Shown here piece by piece: positions 10,809 to 19,917 of a stretch of 64,000 bases of DNA. The position numbers were made by a program, and so were the translations under genes. The first letter of the stretch is position 1; the number at the start of each line of letters is the position of its first letter. The notes beneath the pieces are model-generated. The model made no database searches. It worked only from the letters and a program-made list of their open reading frames with translations, and was not told the origin of the DNA. The DNA is taken from NCBI GenBank assembly GCA_040756905.1, contig JBFLYD010000044.1, positions 2,718 through 66,717 on the forward strand, in the 5' to 3' direction. Source of the DNA: Acidobacteriota bacterium. GTDB taxonomy: Bacteria; Acidobacteriota; Aminicenantia; JBFLYD01.

Positions 10809-10912
10809 GAGAGGCCAACCATCTTCTGAGCGAAGGGAATGGTTGGCCTCTTTATTTCTGTCTTGGTAACCTTTGCTGTCCAAATTATATAACTTTACCA
10901 AACTTTATATGC
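10809..10912. repeat. GC-rich intergenic repeat, family B copy 1 (13-bp stem hairpin plus shared tail)
   Basis: Hairpin AGAGGCCAACCAT (10810-10822) pairs with ATGGTTGGCCTCT (10839-10851). The left arm plus flank is the reverse complement of 42587-42610. The tail 10864-10912 resembles 32916-32963. Confidence 0.7.
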
Positions 10913-11401
10913 TTACTTTATGTCTATAAAATCTACTGACATGTGTTCAAGATTTAAAATAGCAATAGAGCTGGATCCATAGAGCCAGCCTCCAGCTTCG
11001 CCTGGATTAATTATTAATACATTTTTTTCTTTCCTCAAATCCTTGCGATGAGTATGTCCGTATATTATTATCCTGTTTTTTCCTTCTTCAATTAGTTTAT
11101 CAATTTCAACGGGTTCATGAAGTATCAAAAAATTAATCTCGTTTATACTGAATCTCAGGGGTGCTTCCCAGACTTCTCCAATTAATGAAATTGAGCTTTT
11201 AAGACCTTTCCTTTCTCCGTCATTGTTACCAAAAACTCCAATCATCGGGCATTTTAAATTCATCAGGTCGTTTATGATAAATGGGGCAACAAAATCTCCT
11301 GAGTGAATAATAAGCGAACAATTTTCATTGTTAAAAATATCTACAGTTTTTTTTGCGTATTCTCTGTGATCATGGGTATCAGATATAATTCCTATTTTCA
11401 T
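10913..11401 (-). CDS. YfcE/MJ0936-family metallophosphoesterase
   Basis: 162 aa with the calcineurin-like motifs ISDTHD, GDFV, GNNDGE and GHTH. Confidence 0.8.
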   Translation of the reverse strand: MKIGIISDTHDHREYAKKTVDIFNNENCSLIIHSGDFVAPFIINDLMNLKCPMIGVFGNNDGERKGLKSSISLIGEVWEAPLRFSINEINFLILHEPVEIDKLIEEGKNRIIIYGHTHRKDLRKEKNVLIINPGEAGGWLYGSSSIAILNLEHMSVDFIDIK

Positions 11402-14067
11402 TATACTTCAGCCCAGTTTTTTCCAACTTTTAAATCGACAATCAATGGAACTTCAAGGGGATAAACTTTTTCCATCTTCTCTTTTAAGATTGACTTTATT
11501 TCATCAATTTCGTTTTCTGGAGCTTCAAGGATGAGTTCATCGTGAATTTGAATGATAATCTTGGATTTTAGATTATTCTTTTCAATTTCTCGAAACACAT
11601 CAACCATGGCTTTTTTCATCAGATCAGCTGCTGAGCCTTGGATGGGGGTATTTATTGCAATTCTTTCCCCAGCTTGCTGGATAATTTTATTTGGATTTTT
11701 TAATTCTGGAACTTCTCTTATTCTCCCTAACATTGTTGTGGTGTAACCTCTTTCATATGCTTCTTTTACCATCTTTTCTATATATTCATTTACTTTTTTA
11801 TATTTTTCAAAATATTTTTCTATAAAATTTTGGGCATCTTTGGTTGATACCTCAAGTTCCTTCGCTAAAGAGAATGCAGAGGTTCCATAAATAATTGAAA
11901 AATTAATTATTTTTGCTTTTCTTCTCTGTTCCTGCTTGCTTAAAGGAGAATTTTCTCCGAACACTTCTCTGGCAGTTCTTTCATGGATATCTTCCCCTTT
12001 TATAAATGACTCTATAAGGGCCTGGTCTCTTGAAAGATGCGCTAAAACTCTCAATTCAATTTGAGAGTAATCAGCTGAAACAAACTTTGATCCAGGTTCT
12101 GGTATGAAAGATGCTCTTAATCGTTTTCCCAAGTCTGTCCTAATTGGTATGTTCTGGAGGTTCGGATCAGACGATGACAATCTACCAGTTGCAGTTACAG
12201 TCTGATTGTATGAAGCATGGATTTTTCCGGTTTTTCTATTTAGCAACTTTGGAATAGCATCAACATAGGAAGATTTAATCTTGGATAAAGTTCTGTATTC
12301 TAAAATTAAAGCTGGAACTGGATGTAACAAGCTTAATTCTTTAAGAACCTCCACATCTGTAGAAAAATTTCTTATTTTTTTTGTTCTTTTCTGTACAGGA
12401 AGGTTTAATTTATCAAATAAAACTTCAGCCATCTGTTTTGGAGAATTTATGTTAAATTCGGTTCCTGATTTTGAAAAGATTTCTTCTTGTATCTTTTCAA
12501 TTTCAGCCTCCAATTCTTTTGATAATTTTTTAAGAATTTCCAGGTCTATTTTCACCCCTGCCAGTTCCATATGAGCAAGAACTTCCATAAGAGGAAGTTC
12601 AATTTCATAATAAAGAGCTTCCAAACTTTTTTCTCTAATTTTTTCAAATAAAATTTTCGAAAGCTGCAACGCTATGTCCGCATCTTCACATGAATAGAAA
12701 CTTACTTTTTCAATTTCTATTTTGTCCAGAGTCTTTTCTTTTTCCCCTGTGCCTGCAATTTCATTAAAAGAGATTGGTTTATAGTTGAGATAGTTCATCG
12801 AAAGCTCATCCAGATTATGATTTCTTTTATTGGGGTTCAACAGGTATGATAGAATCATAGTATCGAGATCAATTCCCTTCATGTCTATTCCATTGTTTTT
12901 AAGCACAATGTAATCATATTTAATATTCTGCCCAATCTTTTTAATATCCTCTTTCTCAAAAATGGGTTTTAATAAATTCACTACCTTTTGTTTTTCAAGT
13001 TGAGCTGGACAGTCGGAATACATATGTCCTATAGGGATGTAGAAAGCTTTATCAGGGTCAAGAGTGATGGATATTCCTACTAAGTTAGCAGCTACGGGAA
13101 ACTGACTATCTGTTTCCACGTCCAATGACAGATATTTTCTCTTTTTTATCTCGTTTATCAATTCAAGTAATTCCTTCTCATCGAATATTGTTTTGTACTC
13201 TTTTGAAGTCCGACTGGTTTCTGTATATATTTCATCTAAAAAGCTTTTGAATTCAAGTTCCCTGAATAATTGAATTAATCTTGGAGTATCAGGTTCTTTA
13301 GGCAATAGTTTTTCAAAATTTAACTCGATTTCCAGGTCTTTTTGGATTTTTACCAACTCAGAGCTCAGTTTTAACAAATACATATTGTTCTTTAAGGATT
13401 GCTTGTATTTTTCATTTTTAATTTTATCTATGTTTTTAAGAAGGTTTTCTAAGTTAGAGAATTCATTTATCAGGTCTTTTGCACCTTTTTCACCAATACC
13501 AGGAACTCCTGGAACATTGTCAGTAGAATCACCCCATAATGAAAGAACATCAACTACCTGAGAGGGGTACACTCCAAAAAATTCCTTGACTTCCTTTTCA
13601 TCGAGAATTATTTCTTTTGAAGGATTGTAAACTTTAATCCCATTTTTTACGAGCTGAAAAACATCTTTATCGGTTGAGATTATAATAACCTGGTAATTTG
13701 ATTTTAATGCTTTTTCAGCTATAGTGCCTATCACATCATCTGCTTCATACTGGGGTATTTCAAAAAAGGTAATGTTGTACGCATTTAAAATTTCTTTTAT
13801 TTTTGGAATCTGAACAGAGAGATCTTTTGGCATCGGTGGTCTTTGTGCCTTATATTGTTCAAAAGATATGCGCCTGAGGGTCTTTTCACTGCTATCAAAT
13901 ACTACTCCTATGAGTTCTGGCTTCTTTTCTTTCAAAATTTTTTTAATTGTATTTAAAAAACCAAAAATTGCATTGGTGGGAAATCCATTTGAATTACTGA
14001 GCCCCCTTATGGCGTAATAGGACCTGTATATAAGAGAATTTGCGTCTACAAGATAAATTGTTTTCAC
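11401..14067 (-). CDS. polA: DNA polymerase I
   Basis: 888 aa with a 5-prime nuclease N-terminus, a 3-5 exonuclease region (LSLDVETDS) and polymerase motifs (DYSQIELRVLAH, RRKAKIINFSIIYG, QIHDELI). Confidence 0.95.
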   Translation of the reverse strand: MKTIYLVDANSLIYRSYYAIRGLSNSNGFPTNAIFGFLNTIKKILKEKKPELIGVVFDSSEKTLRRISFEQYKAQRPPMPKDLSVQIPKIKEILNAYNITFFEIPQYEADDVIGTIAEKALKSNYQVIIISTDKDVFQLVKNGIKVYNPSKEIILDEKEVKEFFGVYPSQVVDVLSLWGDSTDNVPGVPGIGEKGAKDLINEFSNLENLLKNIDKIKNEKYKQSLKNNMYLLKLSSELVKIQKDLEIELNFEKLLPKEPDTPRLIQLFRELEFKSFLDEIYTETSRTSKEYKTIFDEKELLELINEIKKRKYLSLDVETDSQFPVAANLVGISITLDPDKAFYIPIGHMYSDCPAQLEKQKVVNLLKPIFEKEDIKKIGQNIKYDYIVLKNNGIDMKGIDLDTMILSYLLNPNKRNHNLDELSMNYLNYKPISFNEIAGTGEKEKTLDKIEIEKVSFYSCEDADIALQLSKILFEKIREKSLEALYYEIELPLMEVLAHMELAGVKIDLEILKKLSKELEAEIEKIQEEIFSKSGTEFNINSPKQMAEVLFDKLNLPVQKRTKKIRNFSTDVEVLKELSLLHPVPALILEYRTLSKIKSSYVDAIPKLLNRKTGKIHASYNQTVTATGRLSSSDPNLQNIPIRTDLGKRLRASFIPEPGSKFVSADYSQIELRVLAHLSRDQALIESFIKGEDIHERTAREVFGENSPLSKQEQRRKAKIINFSIIYGTSAFSLAKELEVSTKDAQNFIEKYFEKYKKVNEYIEKMVKEAYERGYTTTMLGRIREVPELKNPNKIIQQAGERIAINTPIQGSAADLMKKAMVDVFREIEKNNLKSKIIIQIHDELILEAPENEIDEIKSILKEKMEKVYPLEVPLIVDLKVGKNWAEV

Positions 14068-14080
14068 TTTCTTATTTTAA

Positions 14081-14207
14081 AAGAGACCTCTTAAAAAGTC
14101 CATCTGCTGCGTTGCAGTCTCAGCTTTATCGCTCCAACGTACAGAAAGTACGCCTCCGCTCAAAGCTTCACTGCGCCTTGCATCTGGAGCTTTTTAAGAG
14201 GTCTCTT
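14081..14207. repeat. 127-bp imperfect palindromic element with 18-bp perfect terminal inverted repeats (family D)
   Basis: AAGAGACCTCTTAAAAAG (14081-14098) is the exact reverse complement of CTTTTTAAGAGGTCTCTT (14190-14207). The GC-rich interior folds back on itself with regularly spaced mismatches. It lies between the glmS stop and the polA start. Confidence 0.75.
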
Positions 14208-14314
14208 CTTTTCTACAGAAGGAAAAATTATCGATTCTCAAAAATTTTTTTTATTAACATAAAATTACTTTTTAAGAAATCTCAAAAAGAAGGATTGATA
14301 AATTAAAAATATTT

Positions 14315-16144
14315 TTATTCCACTGTTACGCTTTTAGCTAAATTTCTTGGTTGATCTACATCATAGCCTTTTTTGAAAGCTATGTTATAAGCAAAAAGCT
14401 GTAATGGGATTATATTGAGGAAGGGAGTAAAAATTTCTGAAGTTTCTGGAACATGGATAATTTCATCGACTTTTCCTTTCATTTCTTCATCTCCTTCGGT
14501 AGCGATAGCTATTACCTCTCCACCCCTTGTTTTTACCTCTGAGATGTTATTCATTACTTTATCTTTTACCCTGTCCTTTGTTGCAATTGCAACTGTTGGC
14601 ATCTTTGTATCTATAAGAGCTATAGGACCATGTTTCATTTCACCAGCTGGATAGCCTTCTGCATGGATGTAAGATATTTCTTTTAATTTTAAAGCACCTT
14701 CAAGAGCCACAGGGTAGTTAATCCATCTACCAAGGTAGAGAAAATTGTTATAGAAAACATATTTCTGACTTATCTGTTCTATTTTTTTATCTTTGTTTAA
14801 TATCATTTCTATTTTATGAGGAATTCTCTGGAGTTCATTTAATAGGCTTATCGAATAATCTTTATTGATATTTTTCTTAGCCCAGGCCAGATGAATTGCT
14901 AAAAGAGCCAACACCACTAATTGAGATGTAAAAGCTTTTGTAGAAGCAACTCCTATTTCTGGCCCTGCATGCGTATATATAATTCCATCTGCTTCTCTTG
15001 TAGCCATGCTTCCATGGACATTACATATTGTGATAATTTTTCCCCCAAGCTTCTTTATTTCTCTCATAGCAGCAATAGTATCAGCTGTTTCTCCAGATTG
15101 GGTTATTGCAACTCCGAGGAAATTTTTATTCCATATGAGGTCTTTATATCGATATTCAGAGGCATAATCCACTTCGGCTGGTATTTTAGATATGCTTTCG
15201 ATTAAGTATTTTCCTATCAATCCTGCATGCCAAGATGTCCCACATGCAATTATTACAATTTTTGATACATTTTTCAGAAATTCATCATTCAAATTTAATT
15301 CATCAATATAGGTTTTTCCAGTGTCAAGAGAAATTCTTCCAAAAATTGTTTCCCGTAATGCTCTTGGTTGCTCGTATATTTCTTTCAGCATAAAATGTCT
15401 GAATCCACCTTTCTCAGTCATCACAGGATCCCAATTTATTTTCTGAGAATTTTTTTGTACAAATTTCCCATCAAAATTTAAGAATTTTACCCCTTCTGAT
15501 TGTATAATAGCAATTTCTTTATCTTCTAAAAAGATAACATCTCGGGTATGATTCAGGATCGCTGCGAGATCAGATGAAAGAAAATATTCATCTTCTCCTA
15601 TTCCTATTATCATTGGCGGTCCATATTTTGCTGCTATCAATTTTTTAGGGTCCTTTGGGCTTATTATTCCCAAAGCATAAACCCCTTCTAAATGATTTGA
15701 AGCCTCTATTAAGGCTTCTTCGAGTTTTCCTTTGAAATATTTTTCTATTAGATGAGCAATAACCTCTGTGTCAGTTTCAGTGATAAATTTATGACCTTCG
15801 TTTATGAGTTGATTTTTTAATTTTAAATAATTTTCAATAATTCCGTTGTGAACGACAACTATAGTTCCTGTGCAGTCCCGATGAGGATGAGCATTTTCTT
15901 CAGTTGGCCTTCCATGAGTAGCCCATCTGGTATGGCCAACACCATAGCTGCCATCTAATGGAGAGATAAGAAGATTCTCCTCTAAATCCTTTATTTTCCC
16001 CTGGACTCTTTTTATATGAAGATTTTTTCCATCTATAACAGCTATTCCTGCAGAATCATATCCTCTGTATTCTAATCTTTTAAGTCCTTCCAGAAGAAGG
16101 GGCACGATTTTCTTTTTTCCTATGTATCCAATTATTCCGCACAT
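14315..16144 (-). CDS. glmS: Glutamine--fructose-6-phosphate aminotransferase
   Basis: 609 aa with the MCGIIGY N-terminal nucleophile, two SIS domains and the C-terminal NLAKSVTVE. Confidence 0.95.
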   Translation of the reverse strand: MCGIIGYIGKKKIVPLLLEGLKRLEYRGYDSAGIAVIDGKNLHIKRVQGKIKDLEENLLISPLDGSYGVGHTRWATHGRPTEENAHPHRDCTGTIVVVHNGIIENYLKLKNQLINEGHKFITETDTEVIAHLIEKYFKGKLEEALIEASNHLEGVYALGIISPKDPKKLIAAKYGPPMIIGIGEDEYFLSSDLAAILNHTRDVIFLEDKEIAIIQSEGVKFLNFDGKFVQKNSQKINWDPVMTEKGGFRHFMLKEIYEQPRALRETIFGRISLDTGKTYIDELNLNDEFLKNVSKIVIIACGTSWHAGLIGKYLIESISKIPAEVDYASEYRYKDLIWNKNFLGVAITQSGETADTIAAMREIKKLGGKIITICNVHGSMATREADGIIYTHAGPEIGVASTKAFTSQLVVLALLAIHLAWAKKNINKDYSISLLNELQRIPHKIEMILNKDKKIEQISQKYVFYNNFLYLGRWINYPVALEGALKLKEISYIHAEGYPAGEMKHGPIALIDTKMPTVAIATKDRVKDKVMNNISEVKTRGGEVIAIATEGDEEMKGKVDEIIHVPETSEIFTPFLNIIPLQLFAYNIAFKKGYDVDQPRNLAKSVTVE

Positions 16145-17520
16145 TTCATTATTTTTTTCTTGACCCAGTTGAGTTTATTTTTCTGTTTCTCTCTTGCTAT
16201 TGCAAGAGCAAAAGGAGGAACATTTTTTGTAATGGTAGATCCGGCTCCTACATAGGATTTTTTCCCTATCTTTACAGGAGCAACCAATTCAGTGCCTGAG
16301 CCGATGAAAACGTCTGATTCTATAATAGTTTTATTTTTTTTCTTGCCGTCAAAATTGCAAGTTATTGTACCAGCTCCTATATTGACATTTTTACCGATTT
16401 CTGAATCCCCAAGATATGTTAAATGCATTGCCTTGGAACCTTCTCCGAATTTAGTGTTTTTTACTTCTACAAAATTTCCAACCCTTGCCCCTTTTTCTAT
16501 CTGAGAATTCATTCTTATCCTGCAGAAAGGACCAACTGTAGAACCATTTTTTAAATTAGAATTTTGTATATAAGATGAAGTTAAAACTGTTACACTATCA
16601 CCTATGATTGAATTGCTGATGTGAGTGAATGAATATATTTTGGAATTTCTGCCGATTTTAGTATTCCCTTCAATAAATGTATATGGGTATACGATTGAAT
16701 CTTTTCCGATTGAGACATCCCATTCTATCCATGAAGTATTGGGGTCGATTATTGTGGTTCCATTTTTTTGTAGCTCTCTAATTTTTTCTAATCTCAGAAT
16801 ATCAGTAGCTCTTGAAAGTTCTTCACGATCGTTTATTCCCAGTATTTCATCTGAATTTTTGTTCATCCACACTCCAACTTTTTCACCCTTTTTTATTAAA
16901 ATATCGATTATATCAGTTAGATAGTATTCTTTCTTTTTGTTTACATTGGATATTTTTTTTAAGTAAGGGAAGATTTTATTGTAGGAAAAACAATAGATTC
17001 CAGCATTAATCTCTTTTATTTTGTTTTCCTCTTCGGTTAAATCTTTTGCTTCCACTATTTTTTTTATCTCTCCGGAGCTACCCCTTACAATCCTTCCATA
17101 TTCATTTGGGGATTCTAATATGGCACTCATCAAGGTGAGTGAATTTTTATTTTTTAAATGATATTTATAAAATTCTAATAGAGAACTAATTTTAATTAAT
17201 GGGATATCCCCATTTATGATTATTCCATCTTCATCTTTAAATTCAATCTCGTCTTCACAACACATTATAGCATGAGCGGTTCCCAGTTGCTCATCCTGAA
17301 TGATATATTTTATTTGTGGATCTGAGAACCTCTCGATTATCATTTCTTTTTTATAACCAACAATTATATAAACCTTTTTTGGTTGCAGTTTTAATATTTT
17401 CTCTATCAATACCTCTAACATTGGCTTTCCCAGTATGGGATGCAGCACTTTGGGAATGGATGATTTAAATCTTGTTCCTTTTCCTGCTGAAAGAACTAAA
17501 AAATATGGAATGCTTTTCAT
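16132..17520 (-). CDS. glmU: Bifunctional GlcNAc-1-P uridylyltransferase / GlcN-1-P acetyltransferase
   Basis: 462 aa with LSAGKGTRFKSSIPKVLHP at the N-terminus and a left-handed beta-helix hexapeptide C-terminus. It overlaps the glmS start. Confidence 0.9.
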   Translation of the reverse strand: MKSIPYFLVLSAGKGTRFKSSIPKVLHPILGKPMLEVLIEKILKLQPKKVYIIVGYKKEMIIERFSDPQIKYIIQDEQLGTAHAIMCCEDEIEFKDEDGIIINGDIPLIKISSLLEFYKYHLKNKNSLTLMSAILESPNEYGRIVRGSSGEIKKIVEAKDLTEEENKIKEINAGIYCFSYNKIFPYLKKISNVNKKKEYYLTDIIDILIKKGEKVGVWMNKNSDEILGINDREELSRATDILRLEKIRELQKNGTTIIDPNTSWIEWDVSIGKDSIVYPYTFIEGNTKIGRNSKIYSFTHISNSIIGDSVTVLTSSYIQNSNLKNGSTVGPFCRIRMNSQIEKGARVGNFVEVKNTKFGEGSKAMHLTYLGDSEIGKNVNIGAGTITCNFDGKKKNKTIIESDVFIGSGTELVAPVKIGKKSYVGAGSTITKNVPPFALAIAREKQKNKLNWVKKKIMKCAE

Positions 17521-18017
17521 AGTTGTGTAATTTCTTGAAATTCCTTTAAATTGTGCAGAGGTTCAAAGTCTGGTTCGTTAATTGCAAGAGCTTTAAAGTA
17601 ATCATCTCTTATGGTAGCTTTTTTAAGGAATTCTATAGAATTTTTATAATCAGAATTTTTAGCATAACATAGACTCATTATGTAGTAGCAAGTTGGATCT
17701 TTTGGCATTTTCTCGAGCGCGCGGTTGAATAATTTTATCGCTTCCTTTGTTTCTCCTTTGTTTAATTTGTATACTCCATACAAAAAAATGTCTTCGTATT
17801 TTTTTAAAGTATTTTCTTTTTTTCCTAAAAAATTATCGCATATGGAAATGTAAGAATTGGACCTTGCTACCATCTCTTTTTCTGAGAAAAATTTCTCATT
17901 AAATTCTTTAAAAAGCATTTTCGCCTTTTCATATTCTTTTTGATAAAAAGCTTTAATGGCTTTTTCCCAGAGATGGAGCACTTCCTCTCCTTTTTTAGGA
18001 AATGGCTTCTTTTTCAT
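17517..18017 (-). CDS. TPR-repeat protein
   Basis: 166 aa with TPR-like helices (EAIKLFNRALEKMPKDPTCYYIMSLCYAKNSDYKNSIEFLKKA). It overlaps the glmU start. Function unknown. Confidence 0.55.
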   Translation of the reverse strand: MKKKPFPKKGEEVLHLWEKAIKAFYQKEYEKAKMLFKEFNEKFFSEKEMVARSNSYISICDNFLGKKENTLKKYEDIFLYGVYKLNKGETKEAIKLFNRALEKMPKDPTCYYIMSLCYAKNSDYKNSIEFLKKATIRDDYFKALAINEPDFEPLHNLKEFQEITQL

Positions 18018-18068
18018 ATATCCTCCAAATAGGTTTTAATTTTAATATAATTTTTTAAGAAGAATCAA

Positions 18069-18959
18069 TCAAATATTTCGAGTTATATTATAGAGGGAAT
18101 TTTTCCCATCTGAAAGTTCTATTAATTCAGATAGGTCAGGATTGTCTAAGATATAATTTATAAATTTTAAATGAAGGGAATGACCTCCTTTGTATATATT
18201 TATGCATCCAAGAATACTGAATTCTAAGATGCTTAAATCACCAAGAAAATCAAGAATCTTATGTCTTACAAATTCATCCTTAAACCTTAGAGGACCATTT
18301 AGAATCCCATCCTTTGTGAGAACTATTGAATTTTCTAATGAAGCACCTTTTATTATCCCTTTCTCTTCAAGAATGTCTACGTGATCTAAAAAACCGTAAG
18401 TTCGAGCTGGTGCAATTTCTGTGGCAAAGGAATCTTTTGTAACTATAATAGATTTTTCTTGATTTTCAATTAATGGATGAGAGTAAGAAATAAAGTAGTA
18501 TATTTTTAAATAATCAGAGGGAAAGACTTCAATCTTTCTTCCATTTTCCTCGATTTTGAAAGGGGATTTGATTCTTAAGTATTGTCTTTTTTCAGGGAAG
18601 AATTTGATTCCAACCCTTTCAATTTCTTTTACAAAAATATAGGAACTTCCATCCATAATAGGGATTTCATTTCCATCTAGCTCGATTGTAGCATTGTCAA
18701 TTCCAAGAAATTTTAGGGAAGCTAAAAGATGTTCTATCGTATAAATTTTGAACCCATTATAAACAATAATAGTGCTATGATTGGATATAGCTTTTCTCGG
18801 GTCCAATTTGAATTCAATTCCATTATGATCTTTTCGTTTAAAAGTGATTCCTCTATGGAGCTTAGATGGCTGAATTTTAAGATTAACTTTTTCTCCAGTA
18901 TGAACTCCAATGCCACTCAATTCTATGCTTTCTTTTAAAGTACCTGAATATGGAAACAT
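18069..18959 (-). CDS. lpxC: UDP-3-O-acyl-N-acetylglucosamine deacetylase
   Basis: 296 aa containing GIGVHTGEKVNLKIQP, TIEHLLASL and HKILDFLGDL. Confidence 0.9.
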   Translation of the reverse strand: MFPYSGTLKESIELSGIGVHTGEKVNLKIQPSKLHRGITFKRKDHNGIEFKLDPRKAISNHSTIIVYNGFKIYTIEHLLASLKFLGIDNATIELDGNEIPIMDGSSYIFVKEIERVGIKFFPEKRQYLRIKSPFKIEENGRKIEVFPSDYLKIYYFISYSHPLIENQEKSIIVTKDSFATEIAPARTYGFLDHVDILEEKGIIKGASLENSIVLTKDGILNGPLRFKDEFVRHKILDFLGDLSILEFSILGCINIYKGGHSLHLKFINYILDNPDLSELIELSDGKNSLYNITRNI

Positions 18960-19160
18960 ATATATTTTATAAGCAAAATGTATGCCAAATATCTAAGTTA
19001 TTGATATATATATACATATGAAATTTTACATTCATTTCGATTTTCCAGATTAACACAATCATTGTGGAATTTTTTCCACATTAATAATTGAGAAGATGGT
19101 TGACCTCTATAAAAAAATGATAAAATTGCTATAAATAAGCTGAATTATTATAATATTATC

Positions 19161-19907
19161 ATGTTTAAAAATAAGGTAAAAAAATTATTAGAAGAGTTAA
19201 AGGAAGGAAGGATTGATATTGAGGATGCCTATGAAGCTTTGCAATTTCTTCCTTATGAAGATATTGAATTTGCAAAAATAGATTTTCATAGAGAGATAAG
19301 AAGAGGAGTCCCTGAGGTTATCTTAGGAATCGGCAAAACTGATGATCAGATTTATAAAATAGCAAAAAAGATAATGAAGAATGGAGGCAATTTGATAATT
19401 ACTAAATTGGATGAAAAAATGTATAAAAAAATAAAAAAGAAAATTCCTTATTTGAAATATAATAAATTGGCGTCAATTGCGTATTATGATAAGAATCAGG
19501 TTGAAAAAGGGAAGGGAAAAATTTTAATTCTCTCAGCTGGCACTTCAGATATTCCTGTTGCTGAAGAAGCCTATGTTACCTGTAAATTGATGGGAAACGA
19601 TGTAGAAAAAGTATACGATGTGGGAGTAGCTGGAATACATAGACTTTTTGATCAGATTGAGAGGATGAGAGAAGCCAGGGTGATTATTGTAGTCGCGGGC
19701 ATGGAAGGTGCTTTACCATCAGTGGTTGCAGGGTTTGTTCACTCTCCTGTAATCGCAGTACCTACAAGTCAAGGGTATGGAGCAAATTTTGGAGGTATAT
19801 CTCCTTTATTGACAATGCTGAACAATTGTTCTGGCGGAATAGCAGTGGTAAATATTAACAATGGCTTTGGAGCTGGTTATTTCGCTTCCTTGATTAATCA
19901 TTTATAA
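19161..19907 (+). CDS. larB: LarB-type (PurE-like) nickel-pincer cofactor biosynthesis carboxylase/hydrolase
   Basis: 248 aa containing ILILSAGTSDIPVAEEA...VVAGMEGALPSVVAG...VIAVPTS.GYG, the typical LarB/AIR-carboxylase-like fold. Confidence 0.8.
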   Translation: MFKNKVKKLLEELKEGRIDIEDAYEALQFLPYEDIEFAKIDFHREIRRGVPEVILGIGKTDDQIYKIAKKIMKNGGNLIITKLDEKMYKKIKKKIPYLKYNKLASIAYYDKNQVEKGKGKILILSAGTSDIPVAEEAYVTCKLMGNDVEKVYDVGVAGIHRLFDQIERMREARVIIVVAGMEGALPSVVAGFVHSPVIAVPTSQGYGANFGGISPLLTMLNNCSGGIAVVNINNGFGAGYFASLINHL

Positions 19908-19917
19908 AAAATAGAAT

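Noticed and set aside
14040-14306. 88-aa plus-strand ORF between polA and glmS
   Set aside because: It is generated by reading through the 127-bp palindromic element (14081-14207). It has no SD and an Arg/Leu/Ser-rich composition.
14207-14315. Possible glmS ribozyme or other glmS leader element
   Set aside because: glmS is on the minus strand and its start overlaps glmU, so it has no 5-prime UTR. This interval lies downstream of the glmS stop.
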